The notes beneath the pieces are model-generated. The model had not been told where the DNA came from, did no database searches, and worked only from the letters and a program-made list of their open reading frames with translations. This document shows positions 27,913 through 38,622 of a stretch of DNA of 64,000 nucleotides, piece by piece (within the stretch, counting starts at the first letter, position 1; the number at the start of each line of letters is the position of its first letter). The DNA is from Patescibacteria group bacterium. Its GTDB lineage: Bacteria > Patescibacteriota > Patescibacteriia > JAHIZJ01. The stretch spans positions 164,940 through 228,939 of the forward strand of contig JBAZLK010000001.1 in assembly GCA_041650335.1 (NCBI GenBank). The letters are read 5' to 3'. A program made the position numbers and the translations under genes.

Positions 27913-29004
27913 ATGCGGATTGCGATCATCAACGAATTGTATGGCACCGTGCGGCAAGGCGGCGAACAAGAAGCGATTTTTGAGTTAAGCAGGCGTTTAC
28001 AGGCCGACACGACGCTCCAGGTTGACATATATACCTATCGGGGCAGGGGCGGCGAGATTAAGATACCGACCGCTTGGCCGGCGCCGCTACGCCAACTTCC
28101 GTTTTTTCGCGAATTGTTTGTCTTGCCGCACGTCGGCCGGACGCTTGCGCCGGTCTTGGCTGGACGCTATGGCGCGATTATCACGTCGTCACCCATATTA
28201 TTCAGTCAGACGCCGCCGCCGGCCCCATTGATCTGCGTCTGTCATGCGATCCGGTCGCAAAAGGCGCAAAAGCTGGCACCTCAGTCGATTGGAAAACGAG
28301 CGCTATTTAATTCGTTTGTTCAAAGACGATTAGCGCGACTTGAACAGCGCGCCTTTCAGGCGGCAGCTTCGGTCGTGGTTTTGCGCGCGCGGATGAAGGA
28401 TTTTCTTGTAGCGACGTTAGCTATTCCATCGGATAAGATAACCATCCTGCCAAACGCCATTGATCAAAACCTCTTCCAGCCTGAATCGGTCGAAAAAGAA
28501 CATGTCCTCTTTGTCGGCCGGGCCACGGCCATGAAGGGCATTGACCTGCTTCTGGCGGCCGCACCGAATATCCAAGCGCCGGTCGTGGTCGTAACGAAAA
28601 TAGCACCAGTGAGCGTCCGCAAAAAAGCGAGTCAAGCCGGCGTAAAATTTATGTTTAATATTTCCCACGAGACAATGCCTCAGTTTTATCAGCGCGCTCA
28701 CTGTCTCGTTCTGCCGAGTCGCGATGAAGAAATGCCGCTGACCGTGCTCGAGGCGATGGCCTGCGGCTTGCCGATTGTTGTGACACGTGAAGCGGCGGCC
28801 GATATTATTCGAGACGGCGAAAACGGTTTTCTACTGAACACCGGGGAGCCGAAGGAGTTAGCCGAACGCGTGAATGTATTATTGGCGAATAAAAAATTAG
28901 CCGGTGAATTCGGCCAGCGCAATCGACAACTGATTGAGCAACAATATTCTTGGAATGGCTATCTTCGGACTTTCCGTGAGATTTTGACCAGGCTAGCGCC
29001 GTAG
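27913..29004 (+). CDS. GT4 glycosyltransferase
   Basis: GGEQ, LFVGR..MKG, EEMPLTVLEAMACG. Confidence 0.9.
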   Translation: MRIAIINELYGTVRQGGEQEAIFELSRRLQADTTLQVDIYTYRGRGGEIKIPTAWPAPLRQLPFFRELFVLPHVGRTLAPVLAGRYGAIITSSPILFSQTPPPAPLICVCHAIRSQKAQKLAPQSIGKRALFNSFVQRRLARLEQRAFQAAASVVVLRARMKDFLVATLAIPSDKITILPNAIDQNLFQPESVEKEHVLFVGRATAMKGIDLLLAAAPNIQAPVVVVTKIAPVSVRKKASQAGVKFMFNISHETMPQFYQRAHCLVLPSRDEEMPLTVLEAMACGLPIVVTREAAADIIRDGENGFLLNTGEPKELAERVNVLLANKKLAGEFGQRNRQLIEQQYSWNGYLRTFREILTRLAP

Positions 29005-30141
29005 GTTCTCGTACACCGGCAAGAGATCGTGCTCAACAATTTGTGGCCAGGTAAACCGTTCTATTGAGGAACGTGTATTTTTTTTCAGCCCAGCCAGTTT
29101 TTCAGAAAGCTCTAGAAAACCCACCTCGATTCCATTAATGCTATCAGGCACAATGAGGCCGTTATAGCCATTTCGTACGTAGGTTTCATTACCGGCCGTA
29201 TTTGTCGCTAAAACAGGCAATTCCGCCGCCAAGTACTCAGGCACCTTTAGGGGTGGTTGATGCTCGTATATGGCCATTTTTGGCACGTAGGACACAGCTG
29301 CATCGGCGATATTAAGCCAGCTCGATACCTCATGGTAAGGTACGCGGCCGGTAAAAAGGATTTCATTTCCAGCCAGCCGACCGGCTAACCGCTCTAGCTC
29401 GGGTCGGTCGTTTCCGTCGCCAAGGAGTATTAATTTACTTTTTGGAAGTTTTAGTAAAGCCTTGATAAAACCGGCCACCAGAATTCCGAGCCGGCGTTTG
29501 CGATCCAGCGTGCCCGAATAGATAAATACAGTCGTGTCGTCCGATATTGCCTGTTGTCGTCGTAGCTCAGTCCGTTTGACAATGTCGGTTTTAAATAATT
29601 CCGGGTTAACACCCAGGGGAATAGTTGGCGTTGTTTTCCCAGGGAATAATTTTTGACCAAGGCGTTCATCCAACGAAACCGTTACATCGGCCTGCCGGCG
29701 GGCGATACGAAAAGATACCTCGGCGACCTTTTGTCGGAGTCCCGGCCGGAGGGAGCCGGTTCGAATGTCGAATACTCGCCGCGCTGATCCGACCAACAGC
29801 CGCAAGCCGAACAGCGTAAAACCGGCAAACAAAAAAGGATTGAAAACGTGGATGATATCGATCGGCTCGGCAGCATTGAGTCGCCGGATTTTCTTGATCA
29901 GCGCGAACGCAAACCGCCCTGACAGCCAGACCGATTCCTGGTCAGAAAAGGGGAGCCGGTGGATCTGGATACCGTCGAGCGTTTCTTCAGCGGGCTGGTC
30001 GGGCTGTCGGCAACAGACAACGTGAACCCGGTGGCCGCGCCATGCTAAGACGCGCGCCAATTCAAGCGTTCCCGTTTTGCCGATGCAGGGCGGAAGATAG
30101 GCCAGGTGGGCGAATAGAATGGTAAATTTTTTGTTGGTCAT
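28993..30141 (-). CDS. GT4 glycosyltransferase
   Basis: FIYSGTL, FTGRVPY, PLKVPEYLAAELPV. Confidence 0.9.
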   Translation of the reverse strand: MTNKKFTILFAHLAYLPPCIGKTGTLELARVLAWRGHRVHVVCCRQPDQPAEETLDGIQIHRLPFSDQESVWLSGRFAFALIKKIRRLNAAEPIDIIHVFNPFLFAGFTLFGLRLLVGSARRVFDIRTGSLRPGLRQKVAEVSFRIARRQADVTVSLDERLGQKLFPGKTTPTIPLGVNPELFKTDIVKRTELRRQQAISDDTTVFIYSGTLDRKRRLGILVAGFIKALLKLPKSKLILLGDGNDRPELERLAGRLAGNEILFTGRVPYHEVSSWLNIADAAVSYVPKMAIYEHQPPLKVPEYLAAELPVLATNTAGNETYVRNGYNGLIVPDSINGIEVGFLELSEKLAGLKKNTRSSIERFTWPQIVEHDLLPVYENLRR

Positions 30142-30905
30142 TGTCCGAGGAGATAGCGGAGCGTTCTGATAAACAGCGCTCGATAATAATAGGGGTAATC
30201 GTTCCGATAATTTTTCAGATATTCCCGGTGGAGCGCAAACCGCTTGGCCCGTGACAGTGTCTGCGTAATAGCACCGGACGAAACACGGTAGGCAACACAG
30301 ATGTCAGGAAGATTATGCATTTTACCGACGCGGCCGAGCTTCAGATAAAATTCATAGTCAGAGGCGACCCGGTAGCGCGGATCATACCCGCCGATTGCCA
30401 GCGCGGCGTCGCGCCGGAAAACAGCCGTCGAGTTGGTGATCCGATTCGCGGCCAGCATGCCGGCGCGGATTTCCCGGTCAGTTTCTTTCCGGACGAGATC
30501 GCGGAGCGGCCGGCCCTGTTCATTGACGATGCGCACGCCAGTGCCGACAACGACGTAGTCAGGATGTTCTTCGAGAAAGGCTATTTGCTTTTTCAGTTTT
30601 GCATCGTCTATCCAATAATCATCATCGTCGATCTTGGCGATGTATTGTCCGCGGGCGCGATTCAAGCTGCGATTGGCCGAGGCGGCGATACCGAGCTGTT
30701 CCGGATTGGTGATGACCCGGACCCGGGAATCACTGTTGGCGAGGTAATCAAGGTAGCCTTTTGTTTCGTCGGTTGAATGGTCGTCGATGACAATGAGCTC
30801 AAGCTCGACGTCGCGCTGACGCAAAACGCTCTCAAGCGCTTGCTTGAGCCAGACGACCCGATTTCGGGTGTTGCAGGTGACGCTGATGAGCGGCTGATTT
30901 GCCAT
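30138..30905 (-). CDS. GT2 glycosyltransferase
   Basis: VIDDHSTD, YIAKIDDDD, SDYEFYLK. Confidence 0.9.
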   Translation of the reverse strand: MANQPLISVTCNTRNRVVWLKQALESVLRQRDVELELIVIDDHSTDETKGYLDYLANSDSRVRVITNPEQLGIAASANRSLNRARGQYIAKIDDDDYWIDDAKLKKQIAFLEEHPDYVVVGTGVRIVNEQGRPLRDLVRKETDREIRAGMLAANRITNSTAVFRRDAALAIGGYDPRYRVASDYEFYLKLGRVGKMHNLPDICVAYRVSSGAITQTLSRAKRFALHREYLKNYRNDYPYYYRALFIRTLRYLLGQ

Positions 30906-30928
30906 ACAAACTCACTGGATAATTACGG

Positions 30929-31573
30929 TTATGACGAGCGTTTTTCGCAAATAATGAAATAATGGTAGAGGTTTTCCTTCACCGGATAATGGCGTTTGAT
31001 GTCCCAGCCGTTGTTTTTTATATCGGCCAGGACTTTCCGCAGGGGCGTGTTCCGCGCGCCGATTTCCCAGTGGTGGACGCCGTCGTATTTCCATTTCTTC
31101 GGCCACAGGATAAATATTCTTGCCCAGGAGAACTTACGAAAAAACGGGCGGAACGTCAAGCTGGAAGAAAATTTCACGGCTCCACGCGCCGTGTAGGGAA
31201 GACTGATCACGAGATGCCGATTACAAACGTCTTTCAGGGCGGTCAGACTCCGGAGGAAATCGTCGTAGGTGATATGCTCAAACACTTGGCAGGCGAGGAC
31301 GAGATCGAACGCGGGCAGACGATAGGTGTTTATTTTTGACACGTCGCCCACGTAATCCGGCTTGTTCCCAGGGTCAAAGTCGAAACTAGAGAGTGCGATT
31401 CCCATTTGCTTGAGCGTATAGGCGACTACGCCGTTGCCGACCCCTATTTCAAGGACGTTTTTTGGCTGGAGCCGCCCGACCTCGTGGATTTGATACCAAA
31501 AAGAGTTCCAGCGTTCCAAGCTGAGATAGCGTTCTGAGGTGTAGGTGCCTTTTTGCTGGAGAGGGTAGGCCAT
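30929..31573 (-). CDS. Class I SAM-dependent methyltransferase
   Basis: VLEIGVGNG, FDLVLACQVFEH. Confidence 0.88.
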   Translation of the reverse strand: MAYPLQQKGTYTSERYLSLERWNSFWYQIHEVGRLQPKNVLEIGVGNGVVAYTLKQMGIALSSFDFDPGNKPDYVGDVSKINTYRLPAFDLVLACQVFEHITYDDFLRSLTALKDVCNRHLVISLPYTARGAVKFSSSLTFRPFFRKFSWARIFILWPKKWKYDGVHHWEIGARNTPLRKVLADIKNNGWDIKRHYPVKENLYHYFIICEKRSS

Positions 31574-31618
31574 GGTTTTTCAGTCGAGTTCGTAAATATT
31601 TATAATCGTGAAAGCTGA

Positions 31619-32965
31619 TTACTCAACGGGATCAACCGGCGGTTCTTCAGTTATCGCCTCCGGTACAATTTTTGAAAAATAACGTTGCGATACAATCATA
31701 ACCCAGGCAATCGCTAATATGTTTAGAGCCACCTTTGTCCAGGCGGCGCCGATTGAACCGAACGAGGGAATGAAAATCAGGTTGAGGCCGATACAAAACA
31801 GTAACTGAGTGATATTCATAAAAGCGATCGCCCGAACGCGCTTGAGTCGATAGAGAACAACGATCAACGGATTTACCAACATGTTCATGCCGCTGGCGAT
31901 GAACAAAACGCGCAGGATCGGCGAGGCGTTTTCGTAGCGGTGGCCGAACATGAGATTGATGAGAAACGGCGAGAAAAAGACCAGGATGATAATTGAGACG
32001 ACAACCAGCGGGAAAAATTTCAAGATGGTTGCATAAAAGCGTTTTAGCCGCTCGCCGGTGTAGCGTGAGAGATGCGGTAAAAAGGTGCTGGTGACCGCGG
32101 TCGATGAGATGTTAAAAAAGTTGGCGAAGTTCATGGCGGCGTTATACAAACCGACGTCGTCAAGCGTGGTCATCCGCGTCAGGAAGAAGGTGTCGAGACG
32201 CATAAAGATCATTGAAGCGGCCAGCGAAACAGTAATCCATTTGCTGAAATGGAACGTTTCCCGCTGGACCGCGCGGTATTCTTCAATATTAACAGGCCGC
32301 CGGATCGGAAACGACGGAACGATAAAGGCGCCGAACATAAGGCCGAAGACCGTGGCGATGACGAGAATGCTGACGGCCGGGTTGGGCGTCAATTCATGTC
32401 TCAGCACATAGACGAATCCCAGCAGGAGTAGGATTTTCATCGCGCTGATGAAAATGTTGTATGAGACCTTGATCGCAAAGCGACGATATGACAACAAGAC
32501 CGATGAGATGAAGTTCTGAATATTAATAAGGAAAACCGCTATCAGCGCCAGGCGGAAGGGAGCGGCGACGGCTGGTTTATTGAAGATAAAATCCACCACC
32601 CAGTTTGAAAGAAGGAAGCCGGCCGTGCACAAGAGCGCTGATGAAAGCACCCGGTAGCGCAGCGAGACGTAAAAAATCGCTTTGGCGAGACGTTCCCGTC
32701 CTTCAGTCAAATGCTGCGAGGCGAAGCGGATGACGGTTGTGGTCAGGCCGGAGTCGGACAATTCAACGACGACGACCAGGATGGCGGTGGCAAAGGAATA
32801 GATACCAAAATTCTCGACCGACATGTTACGCGAGACCAGCACGGAAAAACCAAAAACCAGCAAGGCATTGACGAAATTGCCGATAAACATGATCACTGTA
32901 TCCCGGGAAACGCGGGAGCGGGAGGCGTGAATGAGATCGTATAGGTAGGCCGATGCTTTACCCAT
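31619..32965 (-). CDS. Wzx-type polysaccharide flippase
   Basis: About 12 TMs, FGIYS, RLDTFFL, VGLYNAA, IPSFGSIGAAW. Confidence 0.88.
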   Translation of the reverse strand: MGKASAYLYDLIHASRSRVSRDTVIMFIGNFVNALLVFGFSVLVSRNMSVENFGIYSFATAILVVVVELSDSGLTTTVIRFASQHLTEGRERLAKAIFYVSLRYRVLSSALLCTAGFLLSNWVVDFIFNKPAVAAPFRLALIAVFLINIQNFISSVLLSYRRFAIKVSYNIFISAMKILLLLGFVYVLRHELTPNPAVSILVIATVFGLMFGAFIVPSFPIRRPVNIEEYRAVQRETFHFSKWITVSLAASMIFMRLDTFFLTRMTTLDDVGLYNAAMNFANFFNISSTAVTSTFLPHLSRYTGERLKRFYATILKFFPLVVVSIIILVFFSPFLINLMFGHRYENASPILRVLFIASGMNMLVNPLIVVLYRLKRVRAIAFMNITQLLFCIGLNLIFIPSFGSIGAAWTKVALNILAIAWVMIVSQRYFSKIVPEAITEEPPVDPVE

Positions 32966-34517
32966 GGGGGCGGGGATTATGGTGGGGTTGTAATTCGATG
33001 TGGCCGCGCCAGTTTATCGGCGCAATGAATTGAAGATGCATATCATCGATTGGTTGCGATGATAAGATATTAACATTTTCTGGGGTGATACCTGCAAAAT
33101 TGATCATTGGATTTTTTCGGATCTCGTTTAACGACGGTATTTTTGCGTAATCAAAGCCCATGATTTTCGCCGCGACGAAATCAACCGCTAAAGGGTGAAA
33201 GCCGGCCAGGACAAGGCCCGCTTTTTTGGGCAAGCACTCCATCGGTCCCTCTTTCTCTCCGGCGGTGATTCCATCGACGAGACAAAAATAATTACGCTGC
33301 CGGTCGTGATGCAGACGGCCGGCCCGATCAGCGTAAAAGAGGATGTAATTAAGGTCGGCGATCGTCCGCCAAACGGTGTCGTTTCCATACCAGCTGCCCT
33401 CAGAAAAAACTCCTGGTGGCGGAAAAAGTATCTGGTACGTCTTTCGATCAGCCTGAGGATAAACGGATTTGAATTTATCATAATCCGCTTGATCAGTTGC
33501 GGTTGCGATTCTATTATGTCCGTATTCCAAAACACGGCGCACCTTTTTCAGTACCGTTGCCAGCCAGACGCCGACGAATTGATGCCGCTTTAACATAGAA
33601 AAAATTCGGGATTTCGCCAGTCGCCAAAACGCGATTTTCGGATATTCGTCACCGCCCGTGCCGATCTTTCCGACACGATGATGGGCGATCCAACGTTTAT
33701 CGCCGTTGATGCCGATGATATTTTTTAAGGCGACGGTGAGACCCGCCTTGCGGTGAGTTTTTAATTTCGGCACGTTGATAAATAAATCGGCCGAAAGCAT
33801 GGTTTTGGCGATATAGTATTCATTAACCTCGCCATGATGATGTTGGCTGACCGATCCCCGCGTGTAGTCGGTTATCATCAATCGTTCCGAATATTCACGA
33901 ATCGGATATAAGGCGCTTGAGCGATTCAAGTCGATGCTGGCATAGCCTTGCGGATCGCGTTCTTTGAATTCGCGTTTCGAAATAATCTTTTCTGAGTTGA
34001 AATATGAAATTTCCTTCCGTAAATCTAGCAATTCAAGCTGTATGTTTTGAGCGCGATAATACTCGACCAAGTCGCGCAGCCCGCTCTCGGTGATGACCTC
34101 GTTCCAATCAGAGCTTTGGAGAATGCAATCAGCGATAATTATCTGGCAATTACCGTTCGTGGAAAGCAAAAGATAATCGATAACCGGACGGATAACCGAG
34201 GCGTGGGTGATAATACTGAGCACACCCGCGTGGCCAAGCGGGTGATTTCCTCTGACGAGATTCGGTTTAATAACAACGCGCTGTCCGGGCTTGATGAGTT
34301 CGCGAAAGGGTTTCCACCCCGGCGTTCCGACGTGACCGCGATCGAGGCCGAGCTGGATAAATAATTCACGAACCTGGTTGTACACCTGGTTCGCGGGGTC
34401 GCGATCTGGTTGATAGGGGAGGGAGGCAAATTCGAGATATTGGTTCGGCGGATGGTACGGCGGATCGGGATAATCGCACCGGGCGTCCTGTACCATGCCG
34501 ACGTCATGGTAGTTCAT
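32958..34517 (-). CDS. DUF362 domain protein
   Basis: VVIKPNLV, ITHASVIR, INVPKLKTHRKAGLTVALKNIIG, VDGITAGEKEGP. Confidence 0.85.
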   Translation of the reverse strand: MNYHDVGMVQDARCDYPDPPYHPPNQYLEFASLPYQPDRDPANQVYNQVRELFIQLGLDRGHVGTPGWKPFRELIKPGQRVVIKPNLVRGNHPLGHAGVLSIITHASVIRPVIDYLLLSTNGNCQIIIADCILQSSDWNEVITESGLRDLVEYYRAQNIQLELLDLRKEISYFNSEKIISKREFKERDPQGYASIDLNRSSALYPIREYSERLMITDYTRGSVSQHHHGEVNEYYIAKTMLSADLFINVPKLKTHRKAGLTVALKNIIGINGDKRWIAHHRVGKIGTGGDEYPKIAFWRLAKSRIFSMLKRHQFVGVWLATVLKKVRRVLEYGHNRIATATDQADYDKFKSVYPQADRKTYQILFPPPGVFSEGSWYGNDTVWRTIADLNYILFYADRAGRLHHDRQRNYFCLVDGITAGEKEGPMECLPKKAGLVLAGFHPLAVDFVAAKIMGFDYAKIPSLNEIRKNPMINFAGITPENVNILSSQPIDDMHLQFIAPINWRGHIELQPHHNPRPHG

Positions 34518-37483
34518 GGTGCGCTTGGTGAGTTAACGAAATTTAGATTATAAATCCGCGTACACTTGTCATCAACTGGCGGCGGATCACCAAATTGATC
34601 GGTCAGGGCGATCATGAGTTCATGGGCTCCCGGTGTAATATTGGTCAGCGGCATACTGACATGTTCGTGCTCCCGTCCGATGGTGGCTCGGCCGATTACA
34701 CTCCGATCCTGAGACAGTGTCAGGAGGTATGTTTTCTTTGTTGAGCAGGTAAAGGACCAAAAATCGAGGGTGGCCGATGTTGTTTTGGCGCTGGGGTTAT
34801 TTAAAACCAGCGTGGCGTCGTTTTTGACATAACGTTTCAATTCACGATCGTTGCTGTTTGAAATTGACCCCCAATTTTTATCGATGTAGGCGTATGGTTC
34901 TTGGTCGGCTGAGCTGAGTTGATAGAGAGTGTATTGTTTTGCGTTGAACAGTTTCTTGAAAGCCGGATCGGCTACCGTTACGAGCCTGTCGATATAAGCG
35001 ATTTCCTGATTACTCAGATACCTTTTATCGACAACCAGATATTGTATATTTTGTACAGCCAGGTTCCTTCGCACCAGTCCGGCGTAATAACCGGTGGCAT
35101 ACAGATCGTGACTGATTCTTGCCGTCGTATCAATCTGATGTTGAATCGGCTGGCTCAGTAAATCTCGTAAAAAGGGCTCGTTATTTTTGATCACCAGCGG
35201 CGAACCGTCAGCGGCATCAGCCAATCGGTTCATCAAATCGTCGGTTGTTAGAAATCGTGCCGAGTCGACGGTCGATTGGTCGTGACTGGCAAAAGGGTAC
35301 CACAAGATGTTGCTGGCGGTATAATTTGCGGTCCCGATACTTTCTAAAACGTCGGCCTCGATCGGGTTTTCTGATGTTTGTATCCTTTCTACGGTCACTG
35401 GGTATTTATCCAGGTCAAGGGAATCGTTTGTTTCTGGGTCATGGACGACAAACGTCAGTTCATGCTCGCCCGGGAAAGCATCAAAATCAAGCCTGACAGT
35501 TTTCAGATATGGGCCAATTTCTTGTCGTCCGATGGTTCTATTGCCATAGATAACATCAAGCGTAGCGAGGTCGTTCGTTGTACGCAGAGTGATATCGATT
35601 TCTGCATTCTCATCGGTTGTGGAGAAATTTTTCACCAACACGGTGCTATTCGACTGGAGGGTTCGGTACTTCACGCGGTCGTCATTGTATTGGAGATCGG
35701 ACCAGTTGTCGCCGAGCGTTAGATAGAGCTGTTTTGGCAAAGGGCGGGTATCGAGCTCATACACTAAAGTATCCCTGGTATCTTCTTTATTGATGACAGA
35801 GAGGTTCGTCTCAATAAACTTTTTGATCTCATTGTACTGCTCGAGCGTTAAAAACTGCTTGCCCTCGCCGACGAATTGCTTATCGACGATAATGTATCGT
35901 ATGTTCTGTTCGGACAAGTACGGCTGGGCAATACGCGAATAATCGTAATAGATTATGTCAGAGTTTTCTTTTCCTGACGGGATAAAATACAGCAAATTGT
36001 TTATGCCGGGCGTATTTAGGTCTGCTTGTTGCCGTTCCCAGTTTTTTCTGGCAAAGTCAAACTTACCAATGACGTTCTTATTATGAAACGTATTGTAGTA
36101 CTTCACTTTTGAAGCGTATAAATAGTTCGAGATGATGGGTAATTCGATGACGGAAAAATCGCCCGGTTCATTGCCAAGCTTTTTATACGCAGCGGGTACA
36201 GTGACGGAGTTCGTGACTGTGCTAGGAAGGAATTCGATCAGAAGCAATAGCGTTATTCCAAGCAAAAGCCGCCGTTTCGTATTTTGACCGCTAAATTTTT
36301 TCTCAAGTAAATATGAAAATCCAAAGGCACTGAGGACCGACAACGAGAGTAGGCCGATGACGAACAAGCGTCCAACGGTCCGCATATTCTCGAGAAACGG
36401 AACGTAATGGTACAAAAAGAGATAGGGTAGGGGAACGCTCGGTTTGACCGTGCCGAGGAAATGGAGAAACGGTCCCAGTGAAAAAATGGCAAAAGCGGCC
36501 AGGAGAATAATCCAGAGCCGGACTTGAACATCATGTTTTCGTGAGCGCCAGCCAATGAGAGCGAGGATCAAGGCGGCAAAGCCGACATAGGCCGAGTATT
36601 CGGCCGGATTGCCCGTAAACGTGTTCGCCACGTGGTCGGCGAAAAACGATCCCCAGATCGGGTGAGCTGAAGCTGGGGTAAGAAAACCGACCGCGTCATT
36701 GGAATAATTAACCGCCTGTTCGAGTCCGGGGTTGAGATAATTATTCTGGGAGGTGGCGATATTTATCCAGTCGCTGTATTTCGTGATCAGGAGCAGAAAC
36801 GAGAGTGCGATACCCACCCCGAGCGTAATCATGAGTCGCTTGTTTTTGAAAACCTCCCTCCGGGCCAAGGCGTAATAGATAATCAGGCCGGCGCTCAGTA
36901 AAAGGGTGGCGACGGCAAAGTGGACTTCGTTGACGGCAATGAGCGCAAAAAATATGACCGCTGGTACCAGGTAGCGCAAGCGACCGGTGTCGAACAGCTT
37001 AAAAAAGAAGAGGACGTAGAAGGGAATGAACTCCAGGTGGGTCGCCCCGCCAAAGCCCATGCTGTAGGCGACGTGCAAGGGGGCAAAACTGAAGACGAAT
37101 CCGGCGATCATCGAGCCCCAGAAGTTTTTCGTCAGATAGCGAGCCAAAAGAAAAGCGCCGAGTCCGGCAAAGATATAGGAACCAAGCCAGACAAGATTAT
37201 AGGCCAAAAGGTCGCCGAACAATAATGAAAAAAGTGCCCGGATCGTGCTGAGCTCAAAAATATTTTTTATTACATAGACAAGCGCGTTTACCACCCCGTC
37301 GCTGATCAATTGATTGTGGATGGTAATTTGCTGGGCGTAAATTGGCCAAGCGTCGTTATCGCCGATTAACTTATGCCCCATCACCAAGACGGTCGGCAGA
37401 AAATATCCGACGCTGATCAATATAAAAAAGCAGAACGCGAAGAGCGCGCTATGCCGCTTGAATATTGTGGCTGAAAGACGCAT
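34514..37483 (-). CDS. Large YfhO/GT-C-like membrane protein with a duplicated extracellular module
   Basis: About 12 N-terminal TMs, GDND, FSLGP, NMRTVGRL, and two repeats of NI(R/Q)Y(I/L)xVDK...NW. Confidence 0.72.
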   Translation of the reverse strand: MRLSATIFKRHSALFAFCFFILISVGYFLPTVLVMGHKLIGDNDAWPIYAQQITIHNQLISDGVVNALVYVIKNIFELSTIRALFSLLFGDLLAYNLVWLGSYIFAGLGAFLLARYLTKNFWGSMIAGFVFSFAPLHVAYSMGFGGATHLEFIPFYVLFFFKLFDTGRLRYLVPAVIFFALIAVNEVHFAVATLLLSAGLIIYYALARREVFKNKRLMITLGVGIALSFLLLITKYSDWINIATSQNNYLNPGLEQAVNYSNDAVGFLTPASAHPIWGSFFADHVANTFTGNPAEYSAYVGFAALILALIGWRSRKHDVQVRLWIILLAAFAIFSLGPFLHFLGTVKPSVPLPYLFLYHYVPFLENMRTVGRLFVIGLLSLSVLSAFGFSYLLEKKFSGQNTKRRLLLGITLLLLIEFLPSTVTNSVTVPAAYKKLGNEPGDFSVIELPIISNYLYASKVKYYNTFHNKNVIGKFDFARKNWERQQADLNTPGINNLLYFIPSGKENSDIIYYDYSRIAQPYLSEQNIRYIIVDKQFVGEGKQFLTLEQYNEIKKFIETNLSVINKEDTRDTLVYELDTRPLPKQLYLTLGDNWSDLQYNDDRVKYRTLQSNSTVLVKNFSTTDENAEIDITLRTTNDLATLDVIYGNRTIGRQEIGPYLKTVRLDFDAFPGEHELTFVVHDPETNDSLDLDKYPVTVERIQTSENPIEADVLESIGTANYTASNILWYPFASHDQSTVDSARFLTTDDLMNRLADAADGSPLVIKNNEPFLRDLLSQPIQHQIDTTARISHDLYATGYYAGLVRRNLAVQNIQYLVVDKRYLSNQEIAYIDRLVTVADPAFKKLFNAKQYTLYQLSSADQEPYAYIDKNWGSISNSNDRELKRYVKNDATLVLNNPSAKTTSATLDFWSFTCSTKKTYLLTLSQDRSVIGRATIGREHEHVSMPLTNITPGAHELMIALTDQFGDPPPVDDKCTRIYNLNFVNSPSAP

Positions 37484-37645
37484 AAAAAACACGTTTAGTT
37501 AAGCGCAATCACTGCCTATCATAACATAAGAGGCGATATTTGGCTATCTCTTTGAAATTCAGGTTTGTGACTGGTCAAAAGTATTTTCTAGAAGGGCGGC
37601 AATGCTGATGACGAGATGGCGCAACCGTTCGAGAAGCAAAAGGGG

Positions 37646-38455
37646 CTAAACGTCGCGTATTTTTTTTACCAGGATATCCAGCGTTCTGACGTTGCGATCG
37701 TTCACGTCGTACTGAGAAAAATAGGGACTGATTTTTTTCGGAAATTTGCTGTCCGGATTCCGATATTTGAAGAGATACCGTATTTCAAAACCGTTGGCTT
37801 GAAACAATCCGATCCAGTCCGAACAACGTAACCGGTTGGTATAAAAAATAGTGCCACTCGTTGATGATTCCCAGGTGGACTCGTCGTATTTGTAGAAATT
37901 AAATGGTGCCGCGCGGCCATTGAGGTGATCCTTCAAATCAATTTGATGGAATGAATACCCGCCTGTTTTGAGCGCTTGGTTGATGTTTTTCACAGCCTGC
38001 GCGCATGAGTTCCGGGAGAGGTGTTCCAGGACAGCATTTGAAATGGCAATATCGAAGTAGCCGGCGTATGTTTTTGTCCGATGTTCGGAAGTCAGATCCA
38101 GTTTGATAAACTTCAAACGAGCCGGCCCGGATAAGGCCGCATCGGCGGCATCGTTGCGTCGATATGGGTCACTGGCCACAAACTCGCTGACGCCGCAGTG
38201 CTTGATGAAATAGTCGCCGAGGCGGGGAAGGTTACCGCTCCCGAGCTCCAATATGCGGGTGCCGGGGAGGGGGACGCCGTTTTTTTGAAAAACATCATAG
38301 ACAGAGGTAAAGATTCGATGATAGTAGGCGTCGTTTTTATCGCTCCAGCCTTTACGCAAGAGCCACCCGTTTACCGACGGGATTTTCTTTATGAGCGACG
38401 TGAGTTTCAGTTCAAAACCCAGGGCGGTAAAAACTCCAAATATTTTTCTAGACAT
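37646..38455 (-). CDS. Class I SAM-dependent methyltransferase
   Basis: ILELGSGN, FDIAISNAVLEH, LKTGG, HQIDLKDH. Confidence 0.85.
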   Translation of the reverse strand: MSRKIFGVFTALGFELKLTSLIKKIPSVNGWLLRKGWSDKNDAYYHRIFTSVYDVFQKNGVPLPGTRILELGSGNLPRLGDYFIKHCGVSEFVASDPYRRNDAADAALSGPARLKFIKLDLTSEHRTKTYAGYFDIAISNAVLEHLSRNSCAQAVKNINQALKTGGYSFHQIDLKDHLNGRAAPFNFYKYDESTWESSTSGTIFYTNRLRCSDWIGLFQANGFEIRYLFKYRNPDSKFPKKISPYFSQYDVNDRNVRTLDILVKKIRDV

Positions 38456-38622
38456 ATGATTTACGGTTAGTCGAGCGCAGACGTTAGGTATTAAATCGAT
38501 TATCTTTCAGGGCAACCCCGACAACAATAGTATAGTTACTACACATTCTTTCTGCAACCGCGCAGATCCAGTGGGTGGGGTCGATACTTCACAATTTGTT
38601 CATAATATTGTATTATTTTTGT

